Origin: Selaginella moellendorffii
Lineage: Eukaryota; Plantae; Lycopodiophyta
Assembly: GCF_000143415.4 (NCBI RefSeq)
Contig: NW_003314337.1
Span: 282,439 to 303,897 of the forward strand
Direction of reading: 5' to 3'
DNA length: 21,459 nucleotides
In this document: positions 1 through 10,483 of the stretch, piece after piece
How the letters are laid out: each line of letters opens with the position of its first letter
Position numbering within the stretch: position 1 is the first letter of the stretch
Position numbers and translations under genes: made by a program
Notes under the pieces: model-generated
The model's input: only the letters and a program-made list of their open reading frames with translations
What the model was told of the DNA's origin: nothing
Databases searched by the model: none

Positions 1-203
1 AAGTATATCACCATTGATGTTGGCATTGGAAGGTCCTAGAAGTGGGCCTATCCTTCCGGAGTAGCATGTCGAGAGGACATGGCTATCCACTCAAGTTCAT
101 GCGTGAACTTGTGCACGATATGGTGGATGGAAAAGGGGCCAATAAAGGAACGACTTTGGGATCTTGGGAACAGTATATGGTTTTCCTCCGAAAGTTGAGG
201 ATG

Positions 204-303
204 NNNNNNNNNNNNNNNNNNNNNNNNNNNNNNNNNNNNNNNNNNNNNNNNNNNNNNNNNNNNNNNNNNNNNNNNNNNNNNNNNNNNNNNNNNNNNNNNN
301 NNN
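204..303. other. Assembly gap (100 N)
   Basis: N run. Confidence 1.
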
Positions 304-667
304 TATAGTTGGGATCACGGGAAAGATAGAGACTCCAAAACAATAAAGGAGTCACAAGATTATCCTCATATAGTTGAGGTTGGTGCTCATGAATGTAAGA
401 CCAGAAGTAATGACCGTGGGAGGTCAAATACGGAAGAGGACTCAAGTCCTTGAAATGGTAGCCGGGGCTACCTTTAATAAATGCTGGACCAACCCAAGGA
501 CTAGGGGTGTACTCAGAGGATGAGTTGGTATTTTCATCACATAGACAAGTGGTCCTAAGGGGCAAAAGGTTGCCCCAAGAGAACAAATCAAGTGTCAAAG
601 TAACACTTGCAAAGATGGTCCTTGTGAGGAGGACCTGAATACAAGAAGTTGTATTCCAGTGAGCTAG

Positions 668-1318
668 TGTGAGACACAAAATCCCTAGGCCCCAAAGTGG
701 AGCCGGAAGGGCGCCACATGGTAGTGGCCGAAGCGAGAGCCAAACGAGCGTAACATGTTTGGACCAAAAGCTCCGACTTGAAAAGTCAAGAGCGGGAGTG
801 GAACTCCCAACGAAGTGCTCGAGGAACGAGCACGAAGCGAGCAAAAGGCGAGGCTCCAAAAAGGGACCCAAAAGGACCAACACATGACATGTGGGAGTGT
901 CCGAGATGGAGTCCGAAGTGGAGTCCGAGGTGGACCCGAGTTGGAGTCCGAAGTGGAGTCCGAGATGGACCCGAGATGGACCCGAAATGGAGTCCGAGAT
1001 GGAGTCCAAGATGGACCCAAGATGGACCCGAGATGGAGTCCGAGATGGAGTCCGAGATGGAGTCCGAGATGGACCCGAGATGGAGTCCGAGTTGGAGTCC
1101 GAGATGGAGTCCGAGATGGACCCGAGATGGACCCGAAATGGAGTCCGAGATGGAGTCCGAGATGGACCCGAAATGGAGTCCGAGATGGAGTCCGAGATGG
1201 ACCCGAGATGGAGTCCGAGATGGAGTCCGAGATGGACCCGAGATGGACCCGAGATGGAGTCCGAGATGGAGTCCGAGATGGAGTCCGAGATGGAGTCCGA
1301 AGTCGAGACCGAGACCGG

Positions 1319-1350
<32 letters not shown>

Positions 1351-2466
1351 TCGGGACCGAGACCGAGACCGAGGCCGAGGCCGAGACCGAGCCCGAGCCC
1401 GAGTCCGAGTCCGAATCCGAATCCGAGTCCGAGTCCGAGTCCGAGTCCGAGTCCGAGTCCGGAGCCTGAGAGGGTGAAAGCCCAAAGCGTTCGTCTCCCA
1501 GACCCTGGGGGGTTTGGTGAGCTCCAAAAGTATAGTAGGGGGAGGACTGCAGTGGAGCCAGTTTGGCCAGGAAAGGCCAGTTTGGCCCAGGAAGGCCAGA
1601 CCCAGTGTTGGGTGATGAACTGACCACTGGGAAGTCCAAGACTAGAGTGAATACGGACCGACAAGCGGGGTAGCTTGGTGAAGTGTTCAAGAGCCGGCTC
1701 TAGTTCCCCCGGGAGATCGACTGGCCGATGCTCCCAGTCCAAGTGTGGGTGGCACTACCTACTTGGATACCAGGCGTGGCTCAACGGAACCTCGCTCTAA
1801 GCCCATGGCTAGAGCACCTAAAGGCGATAGGTGGGGAGAGTACCCAGGTGGCTCGCGTAAGGCCACGGTGTTCCGAAATGTCGTCCCAAAGGCCCAGACT
1901 GTGGAAAGGAAGAGGAGCAGTCCTCTGGGGTAGTGACCAAGGACGCAGTCGTGTGGTGAGGAAGTCCCAGAGGACCGTGGGACTTAGGGGTCGGGCCTGT
2001 GGGCCTCGATCCAGTGGCAGTGTTGGCAAACACGGCCAGGGGCAGAAAGGGACTTGGTAGGAACTGACAAAGGGACTTTGGGGAAGGCGATTCCCTAGGT
2101 CTGTGGGCATCCTAAGGATGCTAAGGAGTGGATCCAGGATGACCCCTCGTAGACAGATGGCCCAGTCTTGGAGAGACGGGATGGTGATGCAAGTGGTATT
2201 GGACCATTTGCGCAGCAAAGGTGAATGGGCATGGCCTTAGCGTAACAGGCCGAGATGTCAGTGGTACCTTTGGGTGTCGGTCATGGGATCGGACACGTGG
2301 AGCACTTGGACCAAGTGCAAAGGTTGAGTGGCATGGATGCCATTCTCGGGGCTAGCAAGCCCCAAGTCCTGAATGGGACTTATGGAGGTTGTGAATGAGA
2401 CTCCTCCAAGTGGTCGGAGGTGTGGTTAAGTGACTAAAGTAGAATGGAAAAATTTAGTCACCTACA
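668..2466 (+). mobile_element. Solo LTR (1799 bp) of the large-LTR family
   Basis: TGTGAG...CCTACA termini; 5-bp duplication GCTAG at 663-667 and 2467-2471; about 95% identical (by eye, outside the array) to 5044-6780; no canonical TGG PBS after it and no PPT before it. Confidence 0.9.
901..1470 (+). repeat. Compound tandem array inside LTR: 34 units of CCGAGATGGAGT (12 bp) / CCGAGATGGAC (11 bp), then (CCGAGA)n and (CCGAGT)n
   Basis: 11/12-mer block 901-1296 (22 x 12 + 12 x 11 = 396 bp); hexamer block about 1304-1458. Confidence 0.97.
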
Positions 2467-3530
2467 GCTAGCACCTCAAAAATAGGACCTTATGGGTCGT
2501 TGGATTAGCAAAAGTCCAAAATGCTGGATGACTCAAGTGGAGTCAGGGAATGGTCTTAAGGGATTGGTTGAGGCATTTGGACTGAGGTGTATGGCGCCCT
2601 ATGAAGTATGGGGAGGATCATAAGATCCAAGTATGAGAACAGTAGGTATCTCATTGATGGCAGAATGTGCCATACTAAAGTTGTGGGAAAGATATTCCCA
2701 GAAGAAAGCAACTTTGACCCAGGTTTGGGTGCAAACTCTATGGTGTGGTGCTAACAGATAGTTAGCATGAGGAACAATTATATTGGTCTTGGCAAAGACC
2801 TAGACACTAGTAAGGAGTGTCATAAGGATAGGCTCGTGGGGGCTCGAGGGTGTTGCCGCTAGCAACCGTGATGCCATGGAGAGTCTAAAATATGGAATTG
2901 TTCATGTTAGACTATATGGTAATTGGAAAGCTTGCAAAAAGGGAGGCCTTAGCAAGCTAAAGGACAGAGTTCCTTCAAGGTTCCCAAAGATGATTCTAGG
3001 TAGCTTAGTACCTAGAAAGGCCAAGCGTAAATGGTTCAAGGAACGCCCGAAATCAGAATGGCGCAGCAGAAGCGTGGTCTTGAAGCTTGCCATGAGGCAA
3101 GGCTATCAAGGTTAGGGAAGTAGTTTCCGAGTGTTCAAAGAGAGGGCTTTGAATGAAAGTCGATGATCAAGGGCTTTCACGCTTGTGCAGAAACCATGTT
3201 ACAGTGGTCGGAGGGCTTGCCAAAGCGAGATTTGCAAGTCAGGGGAATAAATACCCTAGTTGAAGGTGATAACTTCAAAAGGGGTGGGCCATGAGGCCAA
3301 GCATGGAGGAGTCCATGCATGATCATAGACTTGTCAAGTGAGAGGGCTTGGTAGTGTGGAGGAACTAGGTTCCTAAGCTATGATCTGTAGCGCGCTTTGA
3401 GTATAAGTTGGTGCACCGGCGTGGGAGTCACGCCAGGCATCCTGGGTGATGCCGTCCGTAGATGCATATAAGGAGGTTGGGTTTGAGTCCCGACCCTCTA
3501 GTGCTTGGGTTCGAGTCCCAAATTGCTAGG

Positions 3531-3822
3531 GTGTGGTGATGGTTTGGAATATGAGGACACTCATATTTCGGTGGTCATGGACTCTCAGTGAGGAGACTGG
3601 TTTGGGCACACCGCCAAGCGAGGGATGCCTCGGAGTCGTGATGCACGGTTAGATTGCTTAGAGTGAAAGCTCGGCATATCTAACTTGAACACTTTGGTGC
3701 AAAGGGCACCAAGGACGTGGTGAATGAGATGGGGACACCCAGTCTCAATTGCTATGGATCCTTGGCCGGAAGAGCTGGCTTGGGCGCACCGCCAAGCGTG
3801 GGGGATGCCCCCGGGGTCATAG
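3531..3822 (+). repeat. Diverged ~180-bp direct duplication containing hairpins
   Basis: GTGGTGA..ATGRGGACAC..ATGGA..CTGGYTTGGGCRCACCGCCAAGCG..GGGATGCC..CGGRGTC at about 3533-3640 and 3717-3820. Confidence 0.8.
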
Positions 3823-4855
3823 TCAACAACTTAGAAGGGTCTGGAAGACCTAGTCCCTATTGGTAGACTTATTAAGGGGTCAAGATGAGATCACTAGGTG
3901 ATCTTGTGGCTAAACAAGGACAAGGTCTTTGTTTGGGTTAAGGGATATGATTCCTAGTTCAAAGTGTTGATTTGAACTACTGATAATGGTGTGGCTTGGT
4001 CAAGGTGACCAAGTGGGAAGAGCATCTATGGGAAATGAGCTATGTCACGGCTATGGCATAGTAAGTCTGAGGAAAGTAGTCTCTATAAAAGATCCAAGGG
4101 AAGGTCTCAAAAGTTGGGCCGTGGATAGAGCACACAGTAGGAAATGCTAAAGAGACGTACTAGGGGTGAGCACCCTTTGGATTTGGCAAAGTAAAGTCTT
4201 TGCTATGGAATCAAGAGGATACCTCGACAATGGAGGTAATGATCCGATGTTGTTAGGTGCAACAATCCAAGGATAGGAGTAAAAGACGAGTGCCCAAGAT
4301 AGGGCTGTGGAATCCATTGGAAAGAATTCAAGTGGCAAAGTTAGCCAAGGAATACTAATGTGTTTGATGCTAACGGATTGCGGAAAAAGAAGTGGACTTC
4401 CAAGGATAGATTCCCAAGTGCTCCGATTTGGCGAAGTAAAAGCTCCAAGTGAGGAGTGGCAAAGTAGCCAAAAGATAGGGCCGTGGACAGCCCTAGCACA
4501 AATAATGATAAATGGAACGTAATGCCAATGGTGGCACAAAAATAGAAAAGAGGATGAGGGTGCTCTCGAGTAGAGAACTTCCTAGGAGGGGAAGTGGAGT
4601 TGCACAAAATGTGCAAGGCAAGGTGTCGGAGACACCTAGGAAATTGACTCCAAAAAGTCAAGAGTAAACGTTCCAAAGTGCAAAGGTAGATCAATGGAAT
4701 CTGTGACTACTCAAGAATGAGTAGTGGAATTGAGTTAGAGAGGGTGTCTCTAACGGGTTTAGCAAGAATTGAACCAATAAAAAGGGAACAAACCACCCCA
4801 GGTGGTCAAGTGAGTCTCTAAGTTGGAGAGACTATCCTCCTTAGAGGATGGGCAA

Positions 4856-4942
4856 GGCATGGTGAGCCTTTGGTGTCGAACCATTGACGAATATGGAGAA
4901 GGCATGGTGAGCCTTCAATGTCAAACCATTGACAAATATTGG
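4856..4942 (+). repeat. 45-bp-period tandem duplication
   Basis: GGCATGGTGAGCCTT...TGTC.AACCATTGAC.AATAT at 4856 and 4901. Confidence 0.9.
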
Positions 4943-5002
4943 CTAGGGGTCAAGGATGGAAATGGTAACACATGCGGGTGTTACTTTATAAATTGGTTTA
5001 CC

Positions 5003-5043
5003 GTTCGATGAGGACATCGAACTTCGTCTATGGGTGGTGGAGT
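5003..5043 (+). promoter_or_regulatory. Pre-PPT hairpin and polypurine tract of the large element
   Basis: GTTCGATG-AGGA-CATCGAAC perfect 8-bp stem (5003-5022); GGGTGGTGGAG (5032-5042) one base before the LTR TG. Confidence 0.75.
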
Positions 5044-6780
5044 TGTGAGACACAAAATCCCTAGGCCCCAAAGTGGAGCCGGAAAGGGTGCCACGTGGTA
5101 GTGGCCGAAGCAAAAGCCCAAACGAGTGTAACACGTTTGGACTAAAAGCTCTGACTTGGAAGGTCGAGAGCGGGAGTGGAACTCCCAACAAAGTGCTCAA
5201 GGAGCGAGCACGAAGCGAGCAATAAGCAAGGCTCCAAAAAGGGACCCAAAAAGGACCAACACACGACATGTGGAAGTGTCCGAGATGGAGTCCGAGGCGG
5301 ACCCTAGTTGGAGTCCGAGATGGACCCGAAGTGGAGTCCGATATGGAGTCCAAAGTGGAGTCCGAGATGGACCCGAAGTGGAGTCCAATATGGAGTCCGA
5401 AGTGGAGTCCGAGATGGAGTCCGATATGGAGTCCGAGATGGACCCGAAGTGGAGTCCGAGATGGAGTCCGATATGGAGTCTGAGATGGACCCGAAGTGGA
5501 GTCCGAGATGGACCCGAGATGGAGTCCGAGATGGAGTCCGAGATGGACCCGAGATGGAGTCTGAGATGGAGTCCGAGGTGGACCGAGACGGAGTCTGAGA
5601 TGGAGTCCGAGATGGAGTCCGAGAAGGATCCGAGATGGAGTCCGAGGTCGAGACTGAGACCGGGACCGAGACCGAGACCAAGATTGGGACCGGGACCGAG
5701 ACTGAGACCGAGGCCAAGGCTGAGACCAAGCCCGAGCCCGAGTCCGAGTCCGAGTCCGAGTCCGAGTCCGAGTTCGAGTCTGAGAGGGTGAAAGCCCAAA
5801 GCGTTCGTCTCCCAGACCCTGGGGGGTTTGGTGAGCTCCAAAAGTATAGTAAGGGGGAGGACTGCAGTGGAGCCAGTTTGGCCAGGAAAGGCCAGTTTGG
5901 CCCAAGAAGGCCAGACCCAGTGTTGGGTGATGAACTGACCACTGGGAAGTCCAAGACTAGAGTGAATACGGACTGACAAGCGGGGTAGCTTGGTGAAGTG
6001 TTCAAGAGCCGGCTCTAGTTCCCCCGGGAGATCGACTGGCCGATGCTCCCAGTCCAAGTGTGGGTGGCACTACCTACTTGGATACCAGGCGTGGCTCAAC
6101 GGAACCTCGCTCTAAGCCCATGGCTAGAGCACCTAAAGGCAAAAGGTGGGGAAAGTACCCAGGTGGCTCGCGTAAGGCCACGGTGTTCCGAAATGTTGTC
6201 CCAAAGGCCCAGACTGTGGAAAGGAAGAGGAGCAGTCCTCTGGGGTAGTGATCAAAGACACAGTCATGTGGTGAGGAAGTCCCAGAGGACCGTGGGACTT
6301 AGTGGTCGGGCTTGTGGGCCTCAATCTAGTGGCAGTGTTGGCAAACACGGCCAGGGGCAGAAAGGGACTTGGTAGGAACTGACAAAGGGACTTTGGGGAA
6401 GGCAATTCCCCAGGTCATTGGGCATCCTAAGGATGCTAAGGAGTGGATCTAGGATGACCACTCGTGGATACATGGCCCAGTCTTGGAGAGACGAGGTGGT
6501 GATGCAAGTGGTGTTGGACCACTAGTGCAGCAAAGGTGAATGGGCATGGCCTTAGCGTAATGGGCCAAGATGTCAATGGTACCTTTGGGTGTCGGTCTTG
6601 GGACCGGACACGTGGATCACTTGGACCAGGTGCAAGTGTTGAGTGGCATGGATGCCATTCTTGGGGCTAGCAAGTCCCAAGTCCTGAATTGGACTGATGG
6701 AGGTTGCGAATGAGACTCCTCCAAGTGGTCGGAGGTGTGGTTAAGTGACTAAAGTAGAATGGAAAAATTAGTCGCCTATA
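5044..6780 (+). repeat. 3' LTR (1737 bp) of the large element
   Basis: TGTGAG...CCTATA (CA mutated to TA); colinear with 668-2466; flanks GGAGT and GTTCA differ, so it is not a solo LTR. Confidence 0.9.
5280..5784 (+). repeat. Compound CCGAG-core tandem array inside the second LTR
   Basis: 31 units at 5280-5641 (22 x 12, 8 x 11, 1 x 10), then CCGAGA/CCGAGT hexamers. Confidence 0.97.
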
Positions 6781-7458
6781 GTTCACATACTTCGCAATCA
6801 TCCCTTTAAATGTTCAAACGAGCCGTTCCACTAGACCGTTTAATTGTGGATGATAAGCACTCGTGAAAGTGTGGCATATCCCCAACTGAGACGTCAAAAC
6901 ATGAAATACTTCAGCCATAAATGTGGGACCATTATCTAAAAGAATCTGCTCTGGATAAAAATGCTGGAACACCACTCGATTGAGGAAGAAGTATCTAACA
7001 GCAGTTGCAAAGGCATTAGCAAGAGCACCAACTTCCACCCAACAAGTCAAGTAGTTAAAAGCAATAATAACATACTCATTGCTAGCAGTCGACTGTGGAA
7101 AAGGTCCCATAAAATCAAATGCCACCAACTCAAATGGACGGGAAATTGCAATTGACTCCAACTGTCCTTCCGCAGCACGAGGGGGAGTATTACGAGCTTG
7201 GCACCAAATGCAGCTACGCACATACCAGATAATATCACGTGGCATCTTCGGCTAATAGAAAGACCTATACAGCTTCTCGGTTACACGACGATGTACTATA
7301 TGCCCACCTAGAACAGGAAAATCATGGTAGGCATGGAGAAACCACAGAATAACGATAGAAGGCACCACCAGCCATAAATGATCATCAGGATTTGCCCCCA
7401 CAAAATAAAGAAGGCCGTCTTCAAGGCAATATAGAGAATGTAAATGCCGAAAAGGCAA
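6781..7458 (-). pseudogene. Integrase remnant (zinc-binding HHCC and catalytic core)
   Basis: HAYHDFPVLGGH, YVRSCIWCQ, RPFELVAFDFMGPFP, QILLDNGPTF, TSAYHPQLNGLVER; split across frames. Confidence 0.95.
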
Positions 7459-7649
7459 GTAATCAACAAGTGATGTAGGATTCTCAAACCCATCTCGAAG
7501 CCTTTGAATCCACGGCTCAATCTTTTAAACCTTAGGAACCTCATCAAGAGAAGGTAGATCTTACTCTGCACCTTGTGGATACTAAATGTCAAGTACAACA
7601 ACTGCCGAAGGCACAGAATCCTCGTTGATAGCACTTTGAGATCCACAAA

Positions 7650-8560
7650 CACCCGCTACTAATCCGGAGACTAGATGAAAGATGATGTTGATGACTTCAG
7701 CAATGCTTGCAACAATGTAGTGCGATCAGAAAGATGATCCATAAACCGACCGAGATACTACCTTACCCAAGAAGCGCTGCACATCATTCACACCCTTCGG
7801 AGTAAGGAACTTTAGAACAGCCACAAGTTTGTCAGGATCAACTTGCAAACCCTCACGAGAAATATGATACCCAAGATAAATTGTGTCCTTGGACCCAAAC
7901 ACACACTTTGACCACTTCAACTTTAAACCAATGTCACGTAGTTGATCCAACACTTTACAAATATCACGAATGTGCTTCTCCCACATCCCTCCAAGTGGAT
8001 CAAGACATCATCAATAAAGTCAGTAGTCACCTCTAGCATATGGCAAAGAACTTCATCCATCATCTACTAGAAAGTTGTTGGAGCATTGTTCAAACCAAAC
8101 AGCATCACCAAGAACTCGTACAAACCAAATAATGTACGAAAAATAGTCTTAGGAATATCTTCTTCAGCCATCAGTACTTGCCAGTACCCAAAAGCAAGTT
8201 CCAGCTTGGTGAACCAACGACTTCGCCCCAGACGATCTAGGAGATCAACAGTGTGAGGAAGAGGGTACACATCTGGGATCGTCACTTCGTTTAATGGACA
8301 ATAATCGATGCAAAAATGAATAATCCCATCGGGCTTCGTCACAAGATGAGGTTCACATGCCCAAGGACTCCGCAACTTCCGAATAACACCCTTCTCTAAC
8401 ATCTCCTTGATGTTTGCACGTAAAATCTTGATCTCCTTGGGTGACCGACGACAAACAGGAACCTTGATTGAACGAGCATCCCCAGTTAGAATCAGATGAC
8501 GTGTGGCAATCTTGGCCCCAGACGATAGGTCAAATTCAAAGAGATCAGAATACTCCTTCA
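7650..8560 (-). pseudogene. Reverse transcriptase remnant (RNase H deleted downstream)
   Basis: EMLEKGVIR..SPW, FCIDYCPLN, DVYPLP, GYWQV, LFGLNNAPTTF, DFIDDVLI, GLKLKWSKCVF, YLGYHIS. Confidence 0.95.
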
Positions 8561-8759
8561 TGAGCCAGTCAACTGCTGCAACACAAAGATCGTCGGAGGG
8601 ATCGGAAAAGGGAAGCGCAGAACAAGATGGAAACACAGGAGGAAATAGTGGGGGAACAAAAGTAATGGAAGCAGAGGTAGAAGTAGAGGGACGAAGAGGT
8701 ACGGATGTGAGAGGAATGGAGGAAAGATAAGGGAGTATGAGATAAGGGGGAGAAGCCTC

Positions 8760-9083
8760 AAAGTCACACTTGGCATGATTGCGCTGCAACCAATCCATAC
8801 CAAGAATGAGGTCAAAAGCTTGACTCGGCACCACCTACAATGACTGCAACTCAAGCTCGAGATCGCCCACATGCACAACCAGGTCTGCCTCATCCCATGC
8901 ACATGCATGTGTACGGCCATTGTCATAAAGAATGAAAACTGGTTCCACTGCACGATGCAAGTCTAGACGGCAACCTGTGGCAACAGGTCGAGCAATAGAA
9001 AATAAATTTGAACCTGTATCAACCAACACAGAGAGAATAATAGGAGATCTTTTGATATAAAAATGAGCTTGGAAAGTAAACAC
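8760..9083 (-). pseudogene. Aspartic protease remnant
   Basis: SVLVDTGSN active-site motif and FDLILGMDWL motif; interrupted. Confidence 0.92.
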
Positions 9084-9140
9084 TGGATGAACCGATGCCG
9101 AGTGAACCCCTTGATGATACTCTCGAAAGAAAGATGAAGG

Positions 9141-10074
9141 CTATTATTCGCGCGACTCCTCATTTCCTAGATACATCTTGGGGTCCAAACCTTCCACTGC
9201 AGCAGCACCAATGGGACGTTGCTAATGCAAGATCTCTACCTAGGAAATGGGGGTCTCCATTCGGAAAACACTGACAATGCCGATAAGTATGACCAACTTC
9301 ATCACACGCCTAGTAATGAACATCATAGCCACGACTACATCCTCGCCCTTGTCCTTGGACTCGAGCAGTAGTAGCATCAACCTCCATTGGAACAGGACCA
9401 TCACCCATAAGAAGTGGAGTTGAAGGACATGCAGTGAGAAGTGGAAGAGGCGACATCTCATAACATTGTGCCAAGCAAAGAGCATCGTCAAGGGTGGTGG
9501 GAGTAAGTGCATGCATAAGCCCGACAAGATCTTGACGAAGTACTGGCCACAACATTCCGAGCTTGATCCGCTCCGACATATTTGGCTCCACACGAAGCAA
9601 AAGACTTCGGAAACGAATGCCAAATTGCATCACCGACTCAGATGGCCCTTGGCAAAGACGATGCAATTGTTGGAAGGCATCATCACAGTCATTAGCATGT
9701 CCGAAAGTGTGTTTGAAGACGTCTGGGAGAACACTCCAATCCCCACGAGTGGCTACGCTCAAACCATTATACCACTGCAGCGCCGTCCCTTGGAGACACA
9801 TAGGAAACTCACACAAATGCCGAGCATCATCCCAAGAATGATATGTGGCAATCACTATGAAGTGATCGAACCAATGGTACACATCATCCCTAGGTTTTTT
9901 GCGAAAGAACTCCAGCCGAACGCGAGGATTGGCACCAAGAGCAGAAAGAGTTGGACCACGTGTCATAAACGCCGCCATCAATTGAGTTTGGTTGTTCAAT
10001 TGCAAGTGTATAGCATCAAGCAATTGTACCAACTGTTGCTCCAGAGTCAAAGGAGGAGATTGCTGATCTGCCAT
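9141..10074 (-). pseudogene. gag: Gag remnant
   Basis: LQGTALQWY, LCQGPSESV..F..RF, GPVPMEVDA, degenerate zinc knuckle (CDEVGHTYRHC) after a premature stop. Confidence 0.92.
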
Positions 10075-10290
10075 GAAGATGAACAAAAAAGAAAGAGCAA
10101 GAAAAGAGAAATGACAAAAAGCTAGAAGGAAATGGTAGATCTAGACAATGCAAAAAGCTAGATGTAAACCAAAATCCTGAAAGGAAAGAACAAAAGAAAG
10201 GACATGGAAAAAGCTAGATCTAGACGATGCAAAAGCTAAATCTAAACCAAAGTCCTAAATCCAAGCACTCTTCAGAGACAATCAAAGTTG

Positions 10291-10306
10291 CCTCTCACTT
10301 CCACCA
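10291..10306 (-). promoter_or_regulatory. Primer binding site, copy A (probably tRNA-Ala type, degenerate)
   Basis: TGGTGGAAGTGAGAGG one base after the LTR; resembles the complement of the plant tRNA-Ala 3' end (TGGTGGAGATGCGGGG, recalled from memory). Confidence 0.6.
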
Positions 10307-10307
10307 A

Positions 10308-10483
10308 TATGAGTGTTTGGAATATGGAAAGGGAATACAAAAAATGTGCATATCATTTAGCCTAGAAACCCTAGTTTATATACAGGAGTGAAGGGTCCTG
10401 ATTGAAACCAATCTGACAGCTACCAAAATCCCACTACGCTAATATTAATATACGGCATTGTAGTCATACACTTGGCCCTCACA
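10308..10483 (-). repeat. 5' LTR of gypsy copy A (176 bp)
   Basis: Reverse complement TGTGAGGG...CACTCATA matches 10934-11108 and 15261-15436; contains TATATAAA. Confidence 0.92.

Larger units (their letters stand above)
1..6780 (+). mobile_element. Large LTR retroelement, 3' part (non-coding internal region plus 3' LTR); 5' LTR not seen in the window
   Basis: LTR 5044-6780 is preceded by a PPT-like tract (GGGTGGTGGAGT) and a hairpin; its right end abuts an interrupted integrase at 6781. No gag/pol motif recognised in 1-667 or 2472-5043. Left extent is uncertain because of the N gap at 204-303. Confidence 0.7.
6781..10483 (-). mobile_element. Degenerate Ty3/gypsy LTR retrotransposon, copy A (3' part displaced by the nested insertion)
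   Basis: 5' LTR, PBS, gag, protease (VLVDTGS), RT, integrase in gypsy order; many stops and frameshifts; homologous to 10934-15436. Confidence 0.95.

Noticed and set aside
901-1296. CRISPR-like array
   Set aside because: 11-12-bp contiguous units with no unique spacers, no cas genes, eukaryotic TE context.
83-1742. Long overlapping ORFs (SD-, RS-, GL-, ES-rich; up to 535 aa), also at 4943-6057
   Set aside because: By-products of a stop-free tandem array inside LTRs; open in all frames and shifted by every 11-mer; resemblance to SD-repeat adhesins or SR proteins is only compositional.
1728-2060. 110-aa ORF preserved in both large LTRs (also 6043-6375)
   Set aside because: GC-rich, no recognised domain, mostly non-synonymous differences; preservation is expected at ~95% LTR identity.
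3475-3521. tRNA gene
   Set aside because: Only T-arm-like hairpins; no D arm, anticodon arm or acceptor stem found.
668-6780. Single intact LTR retrotransposon bounded by the two 1.75-kb LTRs
   Set aside because: Outer flanks differ (GCTAG vs GTTCA), the left LTR has its own TSD, and no canonical PBS follows it.
9466-10125. 219-aa plus-strand ORF (and 11340-11813 minus)
   Set aside because: Antisense shadow of gag; no independent evidence of coding.
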